Assembly (NCBI GenBank): GCA_051294905.1
Contig: CM119372.1
Location: forward strand, 30,072,001-30,136,000
Source: Botryllus schlosseri
Taxonomy: Eukaryota
Reading direction: 5' to 3'
DNA: 64,000 nt
Below the pieces are notes generated by a model that saw only the letters and a program-made list of their open reading frames with translations, had not been told where the DNA came from and made no database searches. Position numbers and translations under genes: made by a program. This document shows positions 37,032 to 50,034 of this stretch, in pieces. How positions within the stretch are numbered: position 1 is the first letter of the stretch; each line of letters starts with the position of its first letter.

Positions 37032-37645
37032 TAGGGCTGTTCAAAAATAACTTATTTTTCTGGATTCCAGTCGTTCAGTTATCAAATTGTCAGGTTACCC
37101 TAAAAAACGCTGCACACCAAATTTGGTTCAATTTTAACAAGTATAAGCTCCGCAGATCCAATTATTTTTTTAAATTTAAACGGAAAAATTAAAAATGAAA
37201 TTTTTCAAATTTTTCTGTCAACCCCTTGAAATTGTTGAGCTGTCTTCAGAGACGATGCAAAACAAATTTTACTCAATTCCAACTAGTAGAAGCGGAGTTA
37301 TTGGAGTTTTTCGTTGATATTTCTCGGATTATCTTTGATTGGTGGATAACCCGAGGATTATCAACGCAAAACTCCAATAACTCCGCTTCTACTAGTTAGA
37401 ATTGAGTCAAATTCGTCTTGCATCGTCTCTGAATACAGCTCAACAATTTCATGGGGTTGACAGAAAATTTGAAAACTTTTTTTTTAATTCTCCCATTTAA
37501 ATAAAAAAAATTAATTGGATCTGCGGAGCAATATACTTGTTAGAATTGAACCAAATTTGGTGTGCAGCGTTTTTAAGGGTAACCTGACAATTTAATGACT
37601 GAATGGCTGGAATCCAGAACAATAAGTTATTTTTGAACAGCCCTA
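37032..37645. mobile_element. Near-palindromic foldback MITE (~300-bp arms)
   Basis: TAGGGCTGTTCAAAAATAACTTATT... / ...AATAAGTTATTTTTGAACAGCCCTA. The arms match almost to the centre (~37340). Flanked by a GTACAT direct repeat. Confidence 0.9.
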
Positions 37646-37940
37646 GTACATTGTACAATTACACACTGTACGTACAGCAATTATCCGAAAAGGGGGAAGG
37701 ATATTCCTTTCAACGGCAAGTCGTCAACTTCCATGATAGAATTTAGGTTTTTGCGATCTAGCGATTATGAATCAAATCAATAGAGTTGAACGAACTACGG
37801 TTAGGAACAAAGGAGAAGGGAGGCGTATACTATGTTGCTGAAACTTTGGATATTCATGTTCTCGTTTCTTAGATCCTCACTAGAAATCGACTGGAACAAT
37901 ATGAATATAACGATGGAGGCAAGTAGATTATGTGATTGGA

Positions 37941-38853
37941 TCAGTATTGGAATCAAGTCACTATATTCGAGTCACAAGTCATTTCGAGTCTTCTACATTT
38001 CAACTCGAGTCAAGTGTAACTTTATTTTTCAAGGTGACTCGAGTCAAGTCAAGTCAATTCGAGCCTACGAAGTACGAGGTATTATTCGAAGTCATTGCAG
38101 TTGTCTAGATGTATGAACTATTGATTGAGTTCTGAATCGAGTAATGAATATAGAATAAATTATACACAAAAAAGAGCGTATAGTATGCATTACTTATACA
38201 TGGAAATGCTAAACGCCGTAGGAAAGTCTACAATACATAATCTCAGTCTACCGGTCAAAACGTAGGATGGAATAAAAAATAAATTACAAATACAATGTTT
38301 CAAAAAATTGGTATGATGCCGTATATGGTATACACTGTGCACCTACACATCCATAACATACACTTTAAGCCTGAGCTAATTTTGTTGACAATAGTAATAT
38401 AAACGTATGAACTATATTCGATCGTTTCAAATCACGCATGAAGTTCGCTGAACTAAGCACTGGAGAATGTGAGAAGTGTATGGCACAGAAATAACTGGAT
38501 AGATTAGTACTAGTTTATGACAACGTAAATTCTGATCACTTCGTTTGCGGTCAATTCAATAACAATGAAGATACAGTAAATCTGGCTACGAGCACATTCG
38601 CTAAGTCATTGAATGACCGGTTGCTCTCGCAGGTCATACAAGCGCATCGCAGACATGTACAATGTACATTGCACAGGTAGAGCGATTTAGCCGACACTGG
38701 TTACCCGATGACTTGAAATTGACTCGAAAATTTTACTTCGAGTCGCAAGTCAATCCTCATTTCAGAAATACCGAGTCAAGTTAAGTCAAGTCATTTTTCC
38801 AAAGTGACTCGAGTCAAGCCATGTGAAAAGTTGACTCGAGTCACCCCGAACCT
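37941..38853. mobile_element. GACTCGAGTC-array MITE family (other copies at 14789-~19160, ~42310-47511 and ~61390-61590)
   Basis: Terminal clusters of GACTCGAGTCAAGTC. The internal segment around GACCGCAAACG is shared with 15930-15945 and 42520-42535. Confidence 0.65.
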
Positions 38854-39580
38854 GGATTACACCAAATTATCGTTTTCAACCATGCCCCTCTCGTGTTTGT
38901 GGGTCGATGTATGAGTTAGTGGGGTGACTCTATGTGATAGAATAGATCATAGATTCGTATTCGGCGCCCCCAAATTAGGTATAAGTGACCCAAAGAAGTC
39001 CTGACTCCAAAATCGTGTATACCAGTGTTATCGACCTGGCCGATTATCTAGGCCCACAGTTGGAACTTTCCTGATTATCGATATCGGCCTATTGAGGCCG
39101 ATATCGCGGACGCTCCGTGTTCTCACTGTCTAGAAATCGACGACGCAAAGGGCGATATACGTGATATCCCTTGCAGGGTGAATTTAACTGAGTTGGCAAT
39201 GAGCATGCAGAGAAACTATGCTTGCTGCACTACAATCTACCTCTACTGGACTGATCTGCAATTCTGTATCACGTTTTGCTTTTTAGGTTATCACAAATTT
39301 CAATGAATGTGCACAAATAAGCAATAATTCTTTTTAATTTCAGTTTTCTCGTTTGTTGTTCAGCTTTGTACAAGTGCACAAGTACAAGTGCCATTTTTTC
39401 TTTATATTTTATTATTGGCGAAATGGTTCTTTGCTTCTTCTATATTAATATCGGCCTATGATATCGATTATTATCGTCCTTGTGATTGTGTCGATAATCG
39501 GTATCGGTAACGGACTGCAAAAATCATTATCGGTCGACGTATAGTCGAAATTGTCCGTCTCTGCGAGATGTGCTTCAATA

Positions 39581-40805
39581 CAGGAATTAGGAGCAGTTAT
39601 AAATGTTAAACTTCTCCAGCTCCAGCTCCGGAGCTCTGTCCTATCATAAATTAGCTCCGGTTCCAGCTCCGGGGCTTATTCATACCACTGCTCCGGCTCC
39701 AGCTCCGGATCCGGTTCCGAAAACTGTTAAATGGTGCAGTCAGTCGGCCTGGTCTGTAACAACGGTTAAACCGTCGCACGGACCGTCATTATGTGTGGGT
39801 CTGGGTATGCGAAGCCCTGTCACGGGATAATTACTCCGTGGCGTATGCCGATGATTTCAAGAGAACACACTTTACTTTACGCTATTGCTGTGTAGAGTAT
39901 TAAAAAATTGGTATGATGTTTTAATGTCAAGCCATACAGTCGAATATAATCTTGAGATGGTGCGATTATTCTATAGTATAACTGCAGCAAGAGCATGTCG
40001 CAGCGCATGTCGCAACATTATCATTAGAAATCCGCTTTCGGCCGAACAGCCAACGGTTGGAAATTTGATATTGGTGCGCTCGTTACCAGTCCGTCCGGTG
40101 TCGTGCAAGTTTACTGGAATATAGAAGGCTCGCTTCAAACGAACCGAACAAACTGAGAATTAGTGCCTCTGAAAATATGGTGTTGCATCAATATTTGACA
40201 ACTTGATTCAACGCAGTGGACTGTACAAGTGATACTGTGCAAGTGCACAATGCTGCGTGGCGTGTCAGTACCAAATTAAACTGCGTACTTACAAGTGACA
40301 TTGCTCGACAATACAAGAATGCTCGTGTATCAAGCAGACAATAACGATCACACAAAACTGATGATTACTAACTGGAAAGTGCGCAATGTGCGCATCCAAT
40401 CGCTAATTGCCCTCTTTATGCAACACCGGGCGGAATCGGATTCGAACATCGCGCAGAATAGGATTCGAACATCGCATTGACAAGCTCGCTGCACGACAAT
40501 TGTATGCATATATAGCCTAATAGTCAGGTTTGACTGCTATATGTATGAACAATATTGGACAAAATTATTTAGAAAAGGTTGTATCAACTAGGCAACAATT
40601 CTTAATTTTGATGACGATTACCTTAAAATTACGTGAATGCAGCCAATATTAGTAACATAGTATCTTATAAAAACATCGGAGCTGAAGCTACGTTTCAAAT
40701 AACCGGATCCAGCTCCAGCTCCGCTTGAATTTTACATAGATCTCCGGCTCCAGCTCTTGCTCCACTGAAAATGTCTGGCTCTGGGGCTCTGACTCCCAAT
40801 CCCTG
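39581..40805. mobile_element. MITE with (GCTCCG/GCTCCA)n subterminal repeats, copy 1
   Basis: CAGGAATTAGGAG / CTCCCAATCCCTG with degenerate TSD CTTCAATA/CTTTAATC. The body is homologous, in reverse, to 50647-53694. Confidence 0.75.
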
Positions 40806-41197
40806 CTTTAATCAGGCCTAATTATTTCGAGACTTTCTTGCTGACGAGCTGTTTTAAATTCTGACAAATTACTGAACAAATACATTCTTAAAACGACACT
40901 CTCCTGATGTATACTGTATTTTTCTGCAGCCCTGAACCGTTTCAAACACATTATTCCTGGACACTTTCTGGCGGCCATATAAACTGTTCTTTTCGTGGAA
41001 TTGCTTACAACGTACATGGACTTCTCAGTAGTAGTCGCAGCTTGCGGTGGTCACTCACTTGCGCAGATTTGTCTGAGGCCGGCCACAAATATCTTATAGC
41101 CAGCCATACGAAAGTATCATCGCCAGGAAAGCGATAAATATTAACTATAGGGAAGGGGTCGACAACCTTTTTTGCTCTGCGGAACAGCACCAAAAAT

Positions 41198-42176
41198 TAG
41201 GGATGGTGTGAACGTGAGGTTCACGTTCGCGTTCTGTCTGTGAACCTCTGAAATTTAGAGGTTCACGTTCACAAACGAACATTGGTAGGTTCTGCACTGT
41301 GAACCTTTTTCATACATTACAATTTTCACTTCATTATAACATCTTTGGTTGAAGTTTATTGCATTTGAACTGCGGGCCACTCTATGCATGGCGCTGGCAG
41401 CATCAAAAATCAACACTAAACGAGCATGCACCTTGACAATCTCAAAAATGTTACTTGCTTCCTTACAAAATCTTGCTCGAAATATCCAGCTTTATGTTTG
41501 TGAATATTTAGTGACTCTCTACTGTGAGCTTCACCCGCAATCACACTACATCAGGAGAGAAATACACTATCATGTAGGTAGTCAGCGAATAATGCTTATT
41601 AATCCAATCAATGAAAGTGATATCGTTGTCTGATGTAAGAAACCTGAAACCTGTATCTTGTATCATAACAACCAAATACGTGCGATTAAGGTGTTGGCTA
41701 CTGCTGTATACCTTGTTAATGGGGTAATATCGGTAGCAAATATAGAAATCCGTTTTACACTCTGCTCAATATCAACGTAGCAATACTCAGACGCCGAGTA
41801 GGCCACATTGTCCGGTATGGTCTACTGACCGTTAAGGCGTAAGCTTATATTCTCTTGCAAATCCTCGTCGAAATTGTTGGCAACGCGACGAAAGATATTG
41901 GTTTCATGGGATTATTATATCATTTGATTGCCCCAGTTGATACATTTGACGACGTTTAAAACGTCAATATGTACTTCAGCATTGTGGCATTATGTGGCCG
42001 AGTCGTCGCTGGGTGTCGTGTACATATAGGCTATCATTGCACTGAAATGTAGGGTTGGAATCAGTAATATGACGTCACGTGACGTCATGAGGTTCACGTT
42101 CGCGTTCACCCAGAACCTTTCATAAAGGTTCGCGTTCACACGAACCCGAACCTACCAGAGGTTCACACCATCCCTA
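41198..42176. mobile_element. MITE family 'GGTTCAC', copy 3
   Basis: TAGGGATGGTGTGAAC / GTTCACACCATCCCTA. TSD CCAAAAAT/CCTAAAAT. Confidence 0.9.
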
Positions 42177-43470
42177 CCTAAAATGACATCGGGCTAGAAA
42201 GCGTCTGACGAGGGCGCGAAGACGCCTGAGATAAATGTTTTATAAACTTGCATGGAATGAGTTTAATGTGTGCTGAGACCTCTAAGTTTCAATAACGGCA
42301 CTAATCATAATTATGTATTACTCGTGACTCGAAACAAACTTTTTCGAGTTAATTCCAAGTCATCAAATTATCGGTGTCAACTTACTCGCAGTGTACCTGT
42401 ATGTGCGTAGGCTGCATGCTCTCGACACGCTGATATGATATTTGAGCATTGAGCAGCCAGTCTTTCAACCATTGCTCAACCTGGTTTTATTCAGCCTCCA
42501 TGGGCAAGTCACAAATAAATCGACCGCAAACGTAGTGTTTAGAATTTACGTTGTCGTGGACTAGCAGTATTCAATCTGTAGCAGTGTCTTTCTGATCACT
42601 ACTAATTTTAACGAACCTCTTGCATAATTTAAATCGGACTGACATATTAGTGAGTATTCTGTTATCTATTTGGATGACAGTAACCGACGTGGCCTGGTAG
42701 TCATACACAGGACCGAAACAGCGCTTCGTCAGCCCCCCTACAAAACGTTGGTTTAGCCCCCCCCCCACCATAGGGTGATACCCAGACCCCCCATCACGTT
42801 GTTTGTTTTTGCCGCGACTTATCAGCGAGATTTGCTGTGCTAATCAGGGAGACAGCTTGTTTCACCAAAACGCGCGAAAATCTTCAATATTAATCCATGA
42901 TTGAATAGGTCAATATTATCGGGAATAACATATATATTGCCATCAATATTTTATCCTCTGTGCTCACGTAATCAGATTTACCGGTAGGTGTCTTGGAAAC
43001 TGTAGCCTCCATAAATAATAATTAAACATCATCGGATGGACTGACCAGCCGGTACAATGGTTTAGTTACGTGATGTCAAAAGATAATGAAATCGCCCTAA
43101 TGTACTAAACTAAAAGACGCACACGATTTCAAATTGGTATTTCTTCTCTGACAAATAACTTTTTCCCGGCGGGATGGGATTTGACTTGTGGGGTTAAGAT
43201 TGTCAGGACAAAAACATTAGACGCTAGCCTTTTTGGCGCGTATGGGCAACTAAACATATATTATATATCGAAGTTTTCGGTCAGCATAAGGGCAGTCCTT
43301 TTCGGCCAAAGATTTCTCGCTGCCGATCGTTCTGACACACTTCTTGGAGTCGCATGTTACATGGCCTAAAACTTTAGTATGTCTTGGTTCGTTGTGGTTC
43401 CGCAATGGCCGACGCCGAAATGCCGATTACCATAAACCATGCGACTTTTCTCTTGGGGAAGAGTACCCAA

Positions 43471-46400
43471 TAGGGTTGTCCAAAATTTGAAAAATTTCGA
43501 AAATGCTGCGTTGTAATGTCTTATTCTATAGATTATTGATTAAAAACATCAACAAGCCTGAAAGAAGCTCTCAGGAACGTCGTTAAGATTTCTTACAAAG
43601 CGTTTGAAAGTAGCTGCCAAAGAGTGGGCGGGCCACCGACGGCGAAATTGCAACTAGGCGGGCAATGACGAAACCACGATTCTTGATTGGGTAATCGGTT
43701 ATGCTTCAATGATGACGGCGGCTGTCAGCTCTGATTTGGGTGCTTCACCGTGTTTGACAGAAGGAGTAGGTTTTGCTGCTGCTGAGTCTGTTGGTGACGG
43801 CTGTAATACTGTAAAAGCGTGTTGTGGTTTGATGAGTCAATAGTAGTAATGTAACACTTGTTCCTTGCTCAATGTTTTAGTTGCAGCAGCATTTTCTGTT
43901 CTGATGAGGTCGATTTTGTTAGTAGTGGTTGTGGTTATGTACAAGGGCATTGTGGGTTGGTGAGTTAATAGTCGTAATGTAACACTTGTTACTTAAATGT
44001 TTTAGGCGTAGCTGTAATTTATGATAGAAGGCAAAAATATTACTGTCATGGCAGAGGCAAAACGGCGGAAGACTGTGCACTTGCCACAGAGAAGAACAAG
44101 ATCTCGATCTGAGCATTACTTGGTCGGATATGCTTGCGATTACATCTGTGGCTCGAGATTACCAACCTTGCGAGAAGTAATGAGTTACTTTCTGCATCTG
44201 AAAGACCATTGCCCTCAGTCAACCCCTACTCGTGAGCTATGTAATGTGGTGGTTCATGATGTCATGACAGTGTGGCAAATGGCGAGAATTGCCACAATAC
44301 TTAAAGGAAATGCGGTGAAATTACTTGAAAAACTGAACAAAAAATATATTTTTCTGAAGGCGACCATGAAACGGGAAAGTGATCCCAAGGGTAAGAGGAA
44401 AAAATTCACGGAAGATTTGGACAAGTTGTGGGATAGGCCTATTGGAAGTACAGATGCGATAGCAATAATACAAAATGACATTTATCTATCACATGATAGA
44501 AAGCTCGAAGACATTGCATTCTATGAAGATCAACAGCAATCTCGCAAATGCATAATGTTGGGAAGAGACAAGATTCTCGCTTAAGACATCGAAAAGAAAA
44601 CAGCAACCGTGGCGGATAGAACTGTTAAAAACATTCAACATGACTCAAGTGATGACTATTTTGTTTTAGCATCTTCTTCATCTTCAAAAGAGGGTGATAG
44701 TTTGAGTTCAAGTTCTGATTATGATGCTGATGTTGGTCTTGGCACCTCGACAGCCATTAAGCTGATGGCACCTAAAAATATTATGAATAATACCCATGTG
44801 TCCCAAGCTCTGGATCGATTGCAAATAACAGACAACAAGGCAACAATGCTGATCGGAGCATTTATTACGGCTTGTGGCGGTGACATAGCAATGTTCTCTC
44901 TGTCAAGATCTTCGACAAAGAGAGCCAGGGAAACAAATCGTCTTGAAATTTCCAAGGATATTTCAGAAAAATTTGCAGAAAATAAACCTCAACATGTTGC
45001 TATTCATTGGGATGGAAAGCTCACAGAGGATAGATTAGGAAATCGGTATGAGGCTCTGTCAATTGTCCTATCTTGTCATCCTCAATACTCAGAAGGAAAA
45101 CTACTTGGCATTCAAAAGATGCAAAATGCTGCAGGTCAGACGCAAGCAGAAACCACTTTCAACATAATTGAAAGTTGGAATATAAAAGATGCTGTAACAG
45201 CTTTGGTTTTTGACACTACAGCAAGCAACAGCGGCTGGAAGAAGGGTGCGGCAAAGATTCTTGAAGACCTTCTAGGAAGGAAGGTGTTCTACCATGCATG
45301 TCGGCACCATGTGTATGAGCTGGTAGTGAAAGACGTTTGGAAATCTTTATTTGGAAAGGCCACAACTGGACCAGAGAATGCATGGTTTGCCCACCTTAAA
45401 AGGAACTGGAGCAGTCTTGACAGGGAACAGCAATTCAAGACTCTGACTATTCCTCTATGTTTTGCTGAACGAGCTGCAATGATAGTTGATAAGTTCAAGC
45501 TACTGTTGAACAGAAAGGATTTTTTCACACGGGATGACTACAAGCAATGTGTGACTAATGCTCTTGCTCTTCTCGGTGCAGATGAAGATATACGTCATCA
45601 CAAACCTGGTGCAGCACACCATGCGAGATGGATGGGTACAATTCTGTATGCTCAAAAGATGTTCATGTGGGCCGACCAATTAGATTACAAATCTGAAGAA
45701 GTTGAACTGCTGCGCCGCTTCAATTTATTTTTGGTTCTCTTTTATATCCCTGCGTGGGTGGATTCAAGCATTGGTCGTGATGCAGCTGGTAATGACTTGA
45801 GATTCGTTCAGCACATGTTGAGTTATAAGGAATATGATGAGCAAGTTTCCACAGCTGCTTCACGAAAGCTTTTGAAGCACGACTGGTATATTGTTGAGGA
45901 AACCGCTGTATACGCCTTGTTTTCACCGACGGAAAGCAAGGAAACCCGGGAAAATATGGCAAAGGCGCTCCTGCAAGTAGAGCGAACTTCCAGTTTCAGA
46001 AGGGGCCCACCCTCATTGAATGCAACTATACAGATCAACAAGGACAGTACGTTGTCTGACCTTATTGGGCCCCAGTCGTGGTACATATTTGAAGTTTTTG
46101 AATGCTCTGGGGATTGGCTGCGTCAACCGGTTGATGATTGGCACTTTTCAGATTCATTCAATAAAATGAATTGCTACGTTAGTTCTGTCAAAGTCGTTAA
46201 TGATGCCGCAGAAAGAGGTGTCAAGCTAAGCACAGACTATGCTGCAATCTTGACTGACAATGAACAGCAAAGAGACAGTTTGCTTCAAGCTGTGGAACAG
46301 CATAGGAAGATTTTTGGAGACAGCAGGAAGTCTACTCTTATCAAAGGCCAGTGATCTGCAACACTGACCCTGCGATATACTTTTTAATGATGCCTTTTGT

Positions 46401-47057
46401 AAATAGCATTTTTGCCTTTGTTAAATCTTGAATAAAAAGTGTAATATGCGTTCGTTTTAGAGAGAGACGTCGACTTACCGTAACAAGCCATAAGGAGAAA
46501 TTGACTACTGGTTTGCAATTTATGAGTTACAGTCGTTGTCAACTGGTATGTTTTAGAAGGCTCGAAGGTAGCACGATGCATGCATCTAGTTCATTCTTAT
46601 CTTAATTGGCCAAGCTCCTGTGCAAGAAGTAACAAAACTGTTATACACAGTGCTCAGGTAGAAAATATATTACTGGATCGTTATGCTGTTGTCGATGGCA
46701 GCATTAACAACGTCAATTTACCATATCGCCAATGCCACGAACAGAAATGGCTGCAAACCAACACAACAGAGTAGAACGAAATCGTGACCAGCAATGATCA
46801 CAAAATCAGTATTTCAGCCAATCAGTAGCTTATTATTACAGGTTCCAACCAATCAAAATTCTAGGTTCGTGATTGCCCGCCCACTTCATCGATTCCCCGC
46901 CCACATGCAGACGGCTACTTTCAAACGCTTTGTAAGAAATCTTAACGACGTTCCTGAGAGCTTCTTTCAGGCTTGTTGATGTTTTTAATCAATAATCTAT
47001 AGAATAAGACATTACAACGCAGCATTTTCGAAATTTTTCAAATTTTTGACAACCCTA
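43471..47057 (+). mobile_element. Full-length hAT-superfamily (hATm-like) DNA transposon
   Basis: 144-bp TIRs (43471-43614 and 46914-47057, one mismatch seen). Perfect 8-bp TSD GTACCCAA at 43463-43470 and 47058-47065. Internal transposase. Confidence 0.95.
44021..46354 (+). pseudogene. hAT (hATm-like) DDE transposase, ~777 codons, with one premature TAA at 44582-44584
   Basis: ORFs 44021-44584 and 44609-46354 are in the same frame. Motifs IHWDGK (D), VFDTTASNSG (D), ACRHH (CxxH), PGAAHHARWM and VVNDAAERGVK (E). Confidence 0.9.
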
Positions 47058-48218
47058 GTACCCAATGATGAATTTGGCAGCATTAAATCGCGCATGGCGT
47101 GACAATTTTTTGAAAAAGTTTCATAAATTTTCTAAAAAAATACTCTATAATTTATGTTAAATGACGAAATAATTTCGGGCCCCCTTTGAGCTCGCCTCCC
47201 CCCACCCCCGTTGGGGATTTTGGTGTGGCAGTTACAGTCCTGGTTCGACAGCTATGTCAACTATGTAGAATGTATGAACATTCCCTCTATATTCGTTACT
47301 GGATTCACATAATTCATAATAAATTAGTCTGTACTTCAAACATCTTGGAAAATGCAGTTGCTTGAATCGTGCCTCGGACTTCGAAAATCCGATGTGACTT
47401 TGTGACTTGACTCGAGTCACCTCCAAAAATCGGGTGACTTGACTTGACTTGACTCGAGTCAGAATGTTCAATGACTCGTATTGACTTGTGACACGCAGGT
47501 TGATCCCAACACAGGACCAAGCGCCTTGTCGCTCTACCATGCTTAGTACTTACTACCACCACACGTACTATGAATTCAAAACGTCGCACGAAAACACCTG
47601 GCAACAGCGATATGGGTTTATCCGCAAAATTAATGAATAGAAAACGAATGATCGTGCAAACTGCGCGGTTAAGTGAGTCGGCTCGTACTTGTCGCTCGCA
47701 TGTCGTCAAAGGAGACTTGAACTTCAAGTCAATTCGAACATGTTTCCGGGCCTAATGAAGGTCTGAATATATTGATGTCGATGTTTTATTTATCTCAGCA
47801 ATTGACAAGCTTTCAACATTTTGCATCTTGAAATTATTGATAAAATTTAAAAATACCAGGCGGAACGGCTGTTGAGAACCACTGGATTAAATCACAGTAT
47901 TTTTTATTATGTTCGTATTGTTCGCGATAAGTCTATGTCACTTATGAAAGTAACCAGTCATTCACTGATTGTACGTTTCACTGATCCTCTATTGTTACAT
48001 CACAAATAAATTTACCACAAACGAAATGATCACATCACAGCATCACGTTGTCGTAGTAGTAGTAGATTAGTGTCATAGCAACGTATATCTCTGTTTCTTA
48101 GACGGCACAGTGCTTACATTGCGCAGTGATCACCTTTACCAACCCTCTGGTATGATTTAAATCGAGGTAATATAGTTTATGCGTTAATTTTCTCACGCAT
48201 GTGTAGATGGGTCGAGTA

Positions 48219-49745
48219 CAGAGGTGGTCAAAGTAGTCAAGAACGCTACTCAAGTAGAAGTAGAAGTAGCGACGAAAAAATCTACTCAAGTACGAGTAGA
48301 AGTACTTCTTCCATAAGCAACCTAACACTACTTGAAGTAGAAGTAGAATTGACTGACTTTAAAAGTACTCAAGTAAGTAAGTAGTTGTGAAAACGATCCT
48401 AATTTGTTCACATGTATTGTATACAGGTACAAATTGAGCTATGCGAAAGGTGACGAGCTTGATTCACATTGATGCATACCAGCAGGTATCCAATTTTCGA
48501 TAGCATAAGCATTCGTCCACATCGTGGGATGAAAATTATAGGATTGATATGGAAATGCGATACTTATTCTGTTTTCTCGAACAGCATGTTTTAGAAAATA
48601 GCATGGTATAGCGCCATCCCCCATATTATAAGGTACGTAGTTTAGTCGAAGAGCAATACGGAGAAGTTGTATAGGATATACGGTGTAAACACTTGGCGCG
48701 ATTAGCAAACGTTAATAAAAAATATGGTGGACCGTAAAAATGCCATATTGTGTAGCTTTATTTCCTGAAATTAAAGGCATTACTACATTTGCTTTTATAC
48801 TTCAACATGCATGTTATCCAGACAAAAGAACTGATATTAATTATAACTCAAAGTATATGATACTAGGAATTGAAAATGAAACATAAATACTAGTTCTAAA
48901 AGTGGAAAACGTTTTTCATGCCTTTAGTCCAGAAAGTTTCATCGGTGGTATGCTGAAACAGCTCTAAAACTAACATAAAATGTCAGAGTCCACTTTTTGA
49001 AGTTAGGAAGCGCCATGGACATTCTAGATTACGATATGACAAGATTGTTTGTTTTTGGGGTATTCATGGTGTTTGTCGACTACTATGATCATTTACACCA
49101 GGCCGATATTCTTCTTATTTTCCGTAACTGCCGGCTCATAGCACGGCCCACCTTTAGGCTTTTGTAAGACACCGCTGATGCGGATGACGCGACGAGGAGG
49201 AGCCTAGGTAAACCTCCAACACTTAGGTATCGGAATTCGGAAGTCGACCTCGGTCGGACTCGAACCGCACCCATTGGTGTTGCAGCCGTGGATTATACCA
49301 CTGCGCTATCTCGCTAGATTGCGAAACATCAGTTTCCAACGTTATGATGAGCCATATATACTGCGATGAATTATTTCATATGGGCGAAGGGCGACAATGT
49401 GGTGTGAACTCAGGGATATCTAGATATCTAGTTCTAGATATCCCTGTGTGAACGGAATCACGCCAACCCGCTACCTAAATTATATTCATCGATACTTTCG
49501 TGAATTCATACTGGTAACGCCGTATCCACTGCGCGCGAAGCGTACTCAACTTTTATGGAAATTAAATGTTGGTACTCCGTAAAAACAGCCCCGAAATTCC
49601 TCAGGCTATCTTCCTGATTGGAAGATTGAACTACTTCTACTTGACAAACTGAAAATAGCGAAAAGTAAGTAAGTAGATCACAAAATATTATGAAGTAGAA
49701 GTAGAAGTAGCAAAAATCAGATCTACTTGAGTAAGTACCAGACCT
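48219..49745. mobile_element. MITE with AAGTAG subterminal arrays (relative at ~27490-28622)
   Basis: Clusters of AAGTAGAAGTAG and TACTCAAGTA at both ends. It hosts a SINE. Confidence 0.6.
49037..49314 (-). mobile_element. tRNA-derived SINE, full length
   Basis: The head has A-box TAGCGCAGTGG and B-box GGTTCGAGTCC, followed by core GTGTTGGAGGTTTACCTAGGCTCCTC and an AAAC-type tail. Homologous to 11340-11624 and 59564-59745. Confidence 0.85.
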
Positions 49746-50034
49746 AATGATTTCGGTCGGATTTGTAATTGATTTGTAATTTTCACCAAACCACATTTCG
49801 ATGTCGACATGAAACTTCAAATTACTTCATTAAAGGTGGATTTGAACTATAGAGCGTGATACGAAATGAATACTTGTTTGGACTTGACTTTGAAGTTTTA
49901 ATAAGTAATAGGATTTTGGTCTGAAAATATTGAACGGTCTGATCTCTGCTATGCTCAATACCGGCTTGTACTACGTGAAACTATATGAAACTCAAAGGTT
50001 GAAGTATGCTTGTATTTATCATGGCAGGTATAGA

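Larger units (their letters stand above)
42708..47241. mobile_element. CAGGACC-ended ~1-kb dispersed repeat family, copy split by the hATm-like transposon
   Basis: Starts CAGGACCGAAAC and ends GTTACAGTCCTG. The body is homologous to ~11110-11995, ~30190-31242 and ~58100-58863. Confidence 0.7.

Noticed and set aside
49240..49314. tRNA gene (GCA anticodon-like) on the minus strand
   Set aside because: There is no proper acceptor stem, and it is fused to a repeated body found elsewhere, so it is a SINE head.
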